A stretch of DNA of 64,000 nucleotides. It comes from Eledone cirrhosa. Lineage: Eukaryota. A program made the translations under genes and the position numbers. The stretch covers positions 250,542,001 through 250,606,000 of the forward strand of contig OZ024743.1 in assembly GCA_964016885.1 (NCBI GenBank). Reading direction: 5' to 3'. Every line of letters begins with the position of its first letter. Within the stretch, counting starts at the first letter, position 1. Under the pieces are notes generated by a model that was not told the DNA's origin, ran no database searches, and saw only the letters and a list, made by a program, of their open reading frames with translations. This document shows positions 10,576 through 20,200 of the stretch, in pieces.

Positions 10576-10815
10576 CCTGTGTCAGTGTTGAACAAAAAGG
10601 TGACGTGGTTGCCTTAACACCGTATGGCATAAATTCAGGCTGTTCAGTTTGTTTACAAACGAACAAAGCGACGTTAGCGCCGCTAAACTGATACGTGCAT
10701 ATATGTATGTGTACCTGTATGCATATGTATATATATATGTATATATATATATATATATGTGCATGCTACTGTACGTCTGTATACATATATGTATGTACGT
10801 ATACATGCATACTTA

Positions 10816-10879
10816 TATATAAATATATATATATAAATATATATATATAAATATATATATATAAATATATATATATATA

Positions 10880-10933
<54 letters not shown>

Positions 10934-10960
10934 AATATATATATATAAATATATATATAA

Positions 10961-10991
<31 letters not shown>

Positions 10992-11079
10992 AATATATAT
11001 ATAAATAAATATATATATATATGTGTATAATATATATATATATACGTGTATAATATATATATATATATATATGTGTATA

Positions 11080-11119
<40 letters not shown>

Positions 11120-11124
11120 ATTTA
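10816..11124. repeat. (TA)n microsatellite
   Basis: Direct reading of the sequence. Confidence 0.95.
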
Positions 11125-11125
11125 T

Positions 11126-11463
11126 GGAGGCACATGGCTTAGTGGTTAGAGCATTGGCCTTGCAATCGAAAGGTTGTGAGTTCAATTCTCAGACCGGGTG
11201 ATGTGTTGTTTCCTTGAGCAAGACACTTTATTTCACATTGCTCCAGTTTACTCAGCTGTAGAAATGAGATGATAGGACTGGGGTCCATATCATTCCACTG
11301 CAAAGTGGTCGTGGAGGTGCCACGGCAAAAAAGCACCCAGCACTCACTGTAAATGAGGTTGGTGTTAGGAAGGGCATCCAGCTGTAGAAATCAAGCCAGA
11401 ATTAGTTCTCGTCCCACCCTTGCAAGCAGGGAAAAGCGGACGTAAAATGATGATGATGATGAT
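11126..11463 (+). mobile_element. tRNA-headed SINE followed by RTE 3'UTR/tail sequence
   Basis: A box TGGCTTAGTGG (11135-11145), B box GTTCAATTC (11180-11188), core tccttgagcaagacacttta, then gttggtgttaggaagggcatccagctgtagaaa and the tail gggaaaagcggacgtaaaa(TGA)n. Confidence 0.8.
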
Positions 11464-11501
11464 ATATACGTGTATAATATATATATATATATATATATGT
11501 G

Positions 11502-11534
<33 letters not shown>

Positions 11535-11614
11535 CGTGTATAATATATATGTATATATATATATGTGTGTGTGTTTATATATAAGCAATTACATAATGGT
11601 ATAGCCACTTTACC

Positions 11615-11651
<37 letters not shown>

Positions 11652-12085
11652 AAAGAAAGAGAACAAAACTTGCATATAGATAAATAGATAGATAGAGAAG
11701 AAAAGAGATAAATGGATGTATTTATGAGTATTTCGGCAGTTGTGTAGTACCTTATACTACAGAATAGTTCTTCATTTTCACACAAGACTTTGTAGTTGAT
11801 ATTGATATGTTGGACAGGTAGCTTTGATTGATAGCATCTGTAGATATTTATTGATCTATTGCCGATTTTATATTAATGTCTATTGCTCACACATATATGG
11901 TATTAATATATGTACGTGCACACACATGCACACATATATATATTTATTTATACAAGAATACATATAGACATGCATTCTCACAAGCACTTATATTAATTGT
12001 CTATTACACATACACACATATGTATATCATCATCATCCATTTTATGTTCATTTTTTCATATATATATATATGTATATATATATAT

Positions 12086-12470
12086 CATCATCATCACCAT
12101 TTTACGTCCGTTCTTCAAAGCTGGCATGGGTTAGACGGGGTGTCCTGTTGTGGGCTGTGTCCGATCGGCTGACCTTGTCTTGCTCATATGGGAACTAATT
12201 CTGGCTTGATTTCTACAGCTGGATGCCCTTCCTAACACCAACCTCATTTACAGTGAGTGCTGGGTGCTTTTTTTCCATGGCGCCTACACGTCCACTTTAC
12301 AGTGTGGGCTGGGTACTTTTTTGCCGTAACACCTCCACGATCACTTTGCAGTGGGATGGGGTGGGGGTATATTATCTATATGCTTCAGCTTGTATCCATG
12401 GGAAGTCGGGTCTTCTGTATTACTGCGTGATGCCAGAGATCACGGCCGTGTGTCATTGCCTTTGAGAGGT
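12086..12470 (-). mobile_element. extremely 5'-truncated RTE LINE (ORF C-terminus + 3' UTR + tail)
   Basis: Minus strand near 12470 translates LSKAMTHGRDLWHHAVIQKTRL, homologous to [22 protein letters not shown] of the 7595-8989 ORF; 3'UTR is colinear with ~7214-7480; flanked by (TA)n. Confidence 0.85.
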
Positions 12471-12574
12471 TAATATATATATATATTAAGAAGTGTGGTA
12501 AAGTTAAATCTGTATATATTCAGAGTGAGTAATCGGGACTGCAACAGTATGTGTATAAATGTTTGATATGTATA

Positions 12575-12620
12575 CATGTTAGCTTGGAAAATGGACGTTA
12601 AACGATGATGATGATGATGA
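12575..12620 (+). mobile_element. RTE 3' tail fragment
   Basis: catgttagcttggaaaatggacgttaaacgatgatgatg. Confidence 0.7.
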
Positions 12621-12897
12621 CAGGTAAACATGCCATAAAATGCAAATTTCCATGTAAATTGGAAAAATGATAAGCACCTTTAATTGATTTTCAGGCCTAA
12701 ACAACTACAAAGAAAGATGTATTTGAAGGGTTTATATACCCATTCACACTCAATAGTATTCTAATACAATATTTGGTTGAAATGTTTTCGAAATATTTAC
12801 ATCTGCATCCACAGATTGATATTTCTCAGTTTTAGAAGATCCTGCTTTAGGGTGAAAGTAGAAGTTGTTTGCTTAAACTTTTAGGTCTGTGCTAATA

Positions 12898-12937
<40 letters not shown>

Positions 12938-13020
12938 ATAATAATAAATTTGAAGACTAAAATCCAAAGAGGGCTCGATAAGGATAAATATATATCAAAT
13001 ATATAAGAACCGTAGAGCAA

Positions 13021-13234
13021 ATATTTATTAAAATAACAGATTAAAGTTTAAGCAAAGAATCGCTGCTTTCACCCTTAACGGGATCTTCTGAAACTAACAA
13101 AGTCAATCTGTAAACGCTGAAGTGGATATCCACTTCGGCATTTACAGATTGACTTTGTTAGTTTCAGAAGATCCCGTTAAGGGTGAAAGCAGCGATTCTT
13201 TGCTTAAACTTTAATCTGTTATTTTAATAAATAT
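13021..13234. repeat. spacerless near-perfect palindrome, 107-bp arms
   Basis: Centre GTGGAT|ATCCAC at 13127/13128; arms are reverse complements with ~2 mismatches; ends in AATAAA then (TA)n. Confidence 0.92.
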
Positions 13235-13539
13235 ATATATATATATATATATATGATAACTGGCACTTCTTTACAGAAGATGGCTATCTCTTCAACGAAT
13301 TACCTTCTATTGTTAACCACTGCCAACTGCAGGCCAGTTTGATGACTGAACAGGCAGGGCTTAGGTTACCTTTTCTAGACCCTTCCCATGTGATATGGAT
13401 GAGCAGTGCATCCACAAAAAGGGCTGCTCAGATGCCGAAGACTCCACCAAAGAATGTTGCTGTTAAGGTTAACAGTGCAACGATGTTAGGATAAGACTAG
13501 AGTCGCCCACATGTAGATTTGTGGTCATGATGGCAAGAT

Positions 13540-13835
13540 GACGGAATGCACCGAGTCACACTGTGGTCGTCTAGGTGTCCCCCCCAAAAAGCACCTAGCC
13601 CACACTGTAAAGTGGTTATGTGGTGTCACAACAAAAAGCCCCAGCGCACACTCTAAATGTGGTTGGTGTTAACAAGGGTTTCCAGCCATAGAAACCAAAC
13701 CCAAATCCATTCGGTATGGGCAAGACATGGTCAACTGACCTGGCTTAATCTCACAATGGGACAACTTGTCCAACCCATGCTAGCATGGAAAAATGAATGG
13801 CCGTTTGGCTAAGATCAAAGTGATGATGATGATGA
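13540..13835 (+). mobile_element. degenerate RTE 3'UTR/tail copy
   Basis: cccacactgtaaagtgg ... gtggttggtgttaacaagggtttccagccatagaaacc ... gtccaacccatgctagcatggaaaa ... (GAT)n. Confidence 0.75.
13799..13822 (+). pseudogene. U2 snRNA 5' fragment
   Basis: GGCCGTTTGGCTAAGATCAAAGTG vs conserved U2 GGCCTTTTGGCTAAGATCAAAGTG (recalled invertebrate U2, nt ~11-34), 1 mismatch. Confidence 0.6.
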
Positions 13836-13838
13836 CAT

Positions 13839-14056
13839 ACAGTATACCTTTTCTAAACCAGGTACACACAGGGATACAGTGTATTTATTCTAAACCAAAA
13901 GCTCAGGGATACACTGTACCTATTCTAAACCAGATACACAGGGACACAGTGTACCTACTGTAAACCAGGAAGATACATACAGGGATACAGTGACCCTATT
14001 ATAAACCAGAATCACAGGGATACAATGTACCAATTCTAAATCAGATACCCACAGTA
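13839..14056. repeat. degenerate ~35-bp minisatellite x~6
   Basis: Recurring acagtgtacctattctaaaccagatacacagggat. Confidence 0.75.
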
Positions 14057-14294
14057 TTTTGACAGCAGTGTAGAACTAATTTAAATAAGGTTTATATATC
14101 CCCCAAACTGTAGGACTAACAATTTCATCGATGAAGTTGAAAGTCATTAAGAAGTCATTTGTCAAGAAGACTAAAGACTGTCAAATATATTTGAAGATTA
14201 AATGAAGCATCAAGTTAGAAAATGGAGCTTAAAGACATTTTACATCCTACTTCAAGTAATACTAAATGTGATGAATGAATATTTGTTAGCCATA

Positions 14295-14892
14295 CAAACA
14301 CCAGAACCACCAGCATCACTAACACTACAACCACCATCACCAGCACCATCACTGACATCCCAACACCACCATCACCACTACCATCACCAACACCACTACC
14401 ACCACAACCACCAACACCACCACTGTTACCACAAACACTACCATCACTACTGATATCAACACCAGCAACAACAATTTCACAATCACCAACAATTTCCACC
14501 ACCAACACTAACAGCACCACCATCACCAACAGCAATGACAACAACAACACCATCGTCATAAACAACACCGCCATCATCACCAACAACACTACCATCACCA
14601 CCAGCATCACCACCATCACCAACACTATTACCATTAGCACCACCACCATCAATACCACCACCATCAACACCACCACCATCAATATCACTACCATCAACAC
14701 CACCACCATCAATATCACTACCATCAACACCACCACCACCAGAACTACCAGTACCAACATCACCAACACCACCAACACTACTACCATCAACACCACTACC
14801 ATTAGAACTACCACTACCAACACCACCAACACTACCACCATCAACACTACCACCACAAGAACTAACACTACCAACACCAACACATCCACCAG
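14295..14892. repeat. (CAC/CAT/TAC)n degenerate trinucleotide tract
   Basis: accaccatcaacactacc-type repeats; source of poly-H, poly-V and poly-G ORFs. Confidence 0.9.
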
Positions 14893-15254
14893 CCATACTA
14901 AAAGTTAAATCCCAAATCTGTGTAAGTTTTATTCTCAATGCTTTCTCTGTAAATCTTTGACCATCCATCTTAGGACAAATCTTCTTTAACTATTAATTTA
15001 TTTCACATTTACTACCAAGTAAATTTCTGGTTTGGTTATAATTTAGTTAGAGTTGACTTCTGCTTGTTTATCTGTCTGTGTGTTTGTGAATGTCTGTTAG
15101 GCTTGTTTGACATGTCAAAACTGCCTTAGTTTAGAAGATGATGTTAGACATGAGATGGTTTGTGGCTTACTTTCGAAAAACTATTACCTCCCTCTGGGAT
15201 TCTATGTCCATTCATCAAGAAAGATGAATGGAAAGAAAATACTGTTATACTGTT

Positions 15255-15575
15255 GAGAGAGAGGGAGAGAGATAGATAGATAGATAGATAGATAGAGAGA
15301 GAGATGGAGAGAGAGAAAGAGCAAGGGTATGAGATGGTGAAAGGGAGACAGAGAGAGAATGTATATGAGATAGATAGAGAGAGAGAGAGTATGTGTGTGA
15401 GTGTTTGTAAAAGAGAGAGGAAGACAGAAAGAGTGTGTGAGAGAGAGAAAAAGAAAGAGATAGACAGTGTGTGTGTGTGTGTTGAGAGAGAGAGAGAGAG
15501 AGAGAGAGAGTAAGAGAGAGAGAGAGAGAGAGAGAGAAACATCGTTAAAGCAATAAAGAGAGAGAGTGAGAGCGA
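15255..15575. repeat. (GA)n/(GATA)n purine-rich microsatellite
   Basis: Direct reading of the sequence. Confidence 0.9.
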
Positions 15576-15869
15576 GAAACTATGAAAAAGATAATATATA
15601 TAATAGTGTGATATTTAAACTGGTGGAGTAAAATTGATAACAAATCTATGTTGTGTTTAAGCAGTTAATAGATGTCTGTGTTTGTGTTAAAGACAACAAT
15701 GATATCAAAACAGGGATGTATATGAAGGAAAATCTTGTATGATATGTTTAGAAATAATAAACATACAAGAGTCTTTCTATGAATATTTTAAGCTGCAATC
15801 AAGTCACTGCTAAAAATATATGATAAAGTTTATTTATGTCTCAGTATCGAGTAAATGTGGTGAAGATCT

Positions 15870-17270
15870 GTGTGGTATACCAGAATAACAGCTGTAAGGC
15901 AGTGGTAGTGACAAGTGTGGTATACCAAAATAACAGACTGTAAGGCAGTGGTAGTGACAAGTGTGGTATACCAGAATACCAGACTGTAAGGCAGTGGTAG
16001 TGAGAAGTGTGGTATACCAGAATAACAGACTGTAAAGCAGTGGTAGTGACAAGTGTGGTATACCAGAATAACTGACTGTAAGGCAGTGGTAGTGACAAGT
16101 GTGGTATACCAGAATACCAGACTGTATGACAGTGGTAGTGACAGGTGTGGTATACCAGAATAACAGACTGTAAGGCAGTGGTAGTGACAAGTGTGGTATA
16201 CCAGAATAACAGACTGTAAGGCAGTGGTAGTGACAAGTGTGGTATACCAGAATACCAGACTGTAAGGCAGTGGTAGTGAGAAGTGTGGTATACCAGAATA
16301 ACAGACTGTAAAGCAGTGGTAGTGACAAGTGTGGTATACCAGAATACCAGACTGTATGGCAGTGGTAGTGACAGGTGTGGTATACCAGAATAACAGACTG
16401 TAAGGCAGTGGTAGTGACAAGTGTGGTATACCAGAATAACAGACTGTAAGGCAGTGGTAGTGACAAGTGTGGTATACCAGAATAACTGACTGTAAGGCAG
16501 TGGTAGTGACAAGTGTGGTATACCAGAATACCAGACTGTATGACAGTGGTAGTGACAGGTGTGGTATACCAGAATAACAGACTGTAAGGCAGTGGTAGTG
16601 ACAAGTGTGGTATACCAGAATAACAGACTGTAAGGCAGTGGTAGTGACAAGTGTGGTATACCAGAATAACAGACTGTAAGGCAGTGGTAGTGACAAGTGT
16701 GGTATACCAGAATAACAGACTGTAAGGCAGTGGTAGTGACAAGTGTGGTATACCAGAATACCAGAATGTATGGCAGTGGTAGTGACAGGTGTGGTATACC
16801 AGAATAACAGACTGTATGGCAGTGGTAGTGACAAGTGTGGTATACCAGAATACCAGACTGTATAGCAGTGGTAGTGACAGGTGTGGTATACCAGAATAAC
16901 AGACTGTAAGGCAGTGGTAGTGACAAGTGTGGTATACCAGAATAACAGACTGTATGGCAGTGGTAGTGACAGGTGTGGTATACCAGAATAACAGACTGTA
17001 AGGCAGTGGTAGTGACAAGTGTGGTATACCAGAATAACAGACTGTATGGCAGTGGTAGTGACAGGTGTGGTATACCAGAATAACAGACTGTAAGGCAGTG
17101 GTAGTGATAAGTGTGGTATACCAGAATAACAGACTGTAAGGCAGTGGTAGTGACAAGTGTGGTATACCAGAATACCAGACTGTATGGCAGTGGTAGTGAC
17201 AGGTGTGGTATACCAGAATAACAGACTGTAAGGCAGTGGTAGTGACAAGTGTGGTATACCAGAATACCAG
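15870..17270. repeat. 46-bp monomer block 1 (array edge), ~30 units
   Basis: CCAGAATAACAGACTGTAAGGCAGTGGTAGTGACAAGTGTGGTATA repeated. Confidence 0.95.
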
Positions 17271-20200
17271 AATAGAAGGCAGTGGTGGTGTCAAGTGTGG
17301 TATACCAGACTAGAAGGTAGTGGTAGTGTCAAGTGTGGTATACCAGACTAGAAGGTAGTGGTGGTGACAAGTGTGGTATACCAGACTAGAAGGTAGTGGT
17401 AGTGACAAGTGTGGTATACAGACTAGAAGGTAGTGGTAGTGACAAGTGTGGTATACCAGACTAGAAGGTAGTGGTAGTGACAAGTGTGGTATACCAGACT
17501 AGAAGGTAGTGGTAGTGACAAGTGTGGTATACCAGACTAGAAGGTAGTAGTGGTAGTGACAAGTGTGGTATACCAGACTAGGAGGTAGTGGTGGTGACAA
17601 GTGTGGTATACCAGGCTAGAAGGTAGTAGTGGTAGTGACAAGTGTGGTATACCAGACTAGAAGGTAGTGGTAGTGTCAAGTGTGGTATACCAGACTAGAA
17701 GGTAGTAGTGGTAGTGACAAGTGTGGTATACCAGACTAGAAGGTAGTAGTGGTAGTGACAAGTGTGGTATACCAGACTAGAAGGTAGTAGTGGTAGTGAC
17801 AAGTGTGGTATACCAGACTAGAAGGTAGTAGTGGTAGTGACAAGTGTGGTATACCAGAGTAGAAGGTAGTGGTAGTGACAAGTGTGGTATACCAGACTAG
17901 AAGGTAGTAGTGGTAGTGACAAGTGTGGTATACCAGACTAGAAGGTAGTGGTAGTGACAAGTGTGGTATACCAGACTAGAAGGTAGTGGTAGTGACAAGT
18001 GTGGTATAATAGACTAGAAGGTAGTAGTGGTAGTGACAAGTGTGGTATACCAGGCTAGAAGGTAGTAGTGGTAGTGACAAGTGTGGTATACCAGACTAGA
18101 AGGTAGTAGTGGTAGTGACAAGTGTGGTATACCAGACTAGAAGGTAGTAGTGGTAGTGACAAGTGTGGTACACCAGACTAGAAGGTAGTGGTAGTGACAA
18201 GTGTGGTATACCAGACTAGAAGGTAGTGGTAGTTACAAGTGTGGTATACCAGACTAGAAGGTAGTAGTAGTTACAAGTGTGGTATACCAGGCTAGAAGGT
18301 AGTAGTGGTAGTGACAAGTGTGGTATACCAGACTAGAAGGTAGTGGTAGTGACAAGTGTGGTATACCATACTAGAAGGTAGTGGTAGTGACAAGTGTGGT
18401 ATACCAGACTAGAAGGTAGTGGTAGTTACAAGTGTGGTATACCAGACTAGAAGGTAGTAGTAGTTACAAGTGTGGTATACCAGACTAGAAGGTAGTAGTG
18501 GTAGTGACAAGTGTGGTATACCAGACTAGAAGGTAGTGGTAGTGACAAGTGTGGTATACCAGACTATAAGGTAGTGGTAGTGACAAGTGTGGTATACCAG
18601 ACTAGAAGGTAGTGGTAGTGACAAGTGTGGTATACCAGGCTAGAAGGAAGTAGTGGTAGTGACAAGTGTGGTACACCAGACTAGAAGGTAGTGGTAGTGA
18701 CAAGTGTGGTATACCAGACTAGAAGGTAGTGGTAGTTACAAGTGTGGTATACCAGACTAGAAGGTAGTAGTAGTTACAAGTGTGGTATACCAGACTAGAA
18801 GGTAGTAGTGGTAGTGACAAGTGTGGTATACCAGACTAGAAGGTAGTAGTGGTAGTGACAAGTGTGGTATACCAGACTAGAAGGTAGTGGTAGTGACAAG
18901 TGTGGTATACCAGACTAGAAGGTAGTAGTGGTAGTGACAAGTGTGGTATACCAGAGTAGAAGGTAGTGGTAGTGACAAGTGTGGTATACCAGACTAGAAG
19001 GTAGTAGTGGTAGTGACAAGTGTGGTATACCAGGCTAGAAGGTAGTAGTGGTAGTGACAAGTGTGGTATACCAGACTAGAAGGTAGTAGTAGTTACAAGT
19101 GTGGTATACCAGACTAGAAGGTAGTGGTAGTGACAAGTGTGGTATACCAGACTAGAAGGTAGTGGTAGTGACAAGTGTGGTATACCAGACTAGAAGGTAG
19201 TAGTAGTTACAAGTGTGGTATACCAGACTAGAAGGTAGTGGTGGTGACAAGTGTGGTATACCAGACTAGAAGGTAGTTGTAGTGACAAGTGTGGTATACC
19301 AGACTAGAAGGTAGTAGTGGTAGTGACAAGTGTGGTACACCAGACTATAAGGTAGTAGTGGTAGTGACAAGTGTGGTATACCAGACTAGAAGGTAGTGGT
19401 AGTGACAAGTGTGGTATACCAGACTAGAAGGTAGTAGTAGTGACAAGTGTGTTATACCAGACTAGAAGGTAGTGGTGGTAGTGACAAGTGTGGTATACCA
19501 GACTAGAAGGTAGTGGTGGTAGTGACAAGTGTGGTATACCAGACTAGAAGGTAGTAGTGGTAGTGACAAGTGTGGTACACCATACTAGAAGGTAGTGGTA
19601 GTTACAAGTGTGGTATACCAGACTAGAAGGTAGTAGTAGTTACAAGTGTGGTATACCAGGCTAGAAGGTAGTAGTGGTAGTGACAAGTGTGGTATACCAT
19701 ACTAGAAGGTAGTGGTAGTGACAAGTGTGGTATACCAGACTAGAAGGTAGTAGTGGTAGTGACAAGTGTGGTACACCAGACTATAAGGTAGTAGTGGTAG
19801 TGACAAGTGTGGTATACCAGACTAGAAGGTAGTGGTAGTGACAAGTGTGGTATACCAGACTAGAAGGTAGTAGTAGTGACAAGTGTGTTATACCAGACTA
19901 GAAGGTAGTGGTGGTAGTGACAAGTGTGGTATACCAGACTAGAAGGTAGTGGTGGTAGTGACAAGTGTGGTATACCAGACTAGAAGGTAGTAGTGGTAGT
20001 GACAAGTGTGGTACACCATACTAGAAGGTAGTGGTAGTTACAAGTGTGGTATACCAGACTAGAAGGTAGTAGTAGTTACAAGTGTGGTATACCAGGCTAG
20101 AAGGTAGTAGTGGTAGTGACAAGTGTGGTATACCATACTAGAAGGTAGTGGTAGTGACAAGTGTGGTATACCAGACTAGAAGGTAGTAGTGGTAGTGACA

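Larger units (their letters stand above)
9475..10815 (+). mobile_element. 468-bp tandem repeat x~2.9, each unit containing a hammerhead ribozyme (retrozyme / Penelope-pLTR-like)
   Basis: atcgttttcggtatgcctgaccg starts at 9475, 9943 and 10411; copies appear identical; the third is truncated into (TA)n at ~10815. Confidence 0.85.

Noticed and set aside
9152-10806. Repeated 60-74 aa ORFs in the 468-bp unit
   Set aside because: They span a TA/TG microsatellite, mostly lie antisense to the ribozyme, and show no RT or GIY-YIG motifs
11126-11200. tRNA gene
   Set aside because: Has A/B boxes but no proper acceptor stem and continues into a SINE body
14202-14968. His-rich, Val-rich and Gly-rich ORFs
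   Set aside because: Translations of a degenerate trinucleotide tract; no splice or domain evidence
15830-17294. 361-486 aa ORFs open in all three minus-strand frames (also at 23555-24643)
   Set aside because: A stop-free 46-bp monomer, not divisible by 3, gives the same 46-aa rotation in every frame. Starts are TTG rather than ATG and there is no domain similarity, so this is a satellite artefact.
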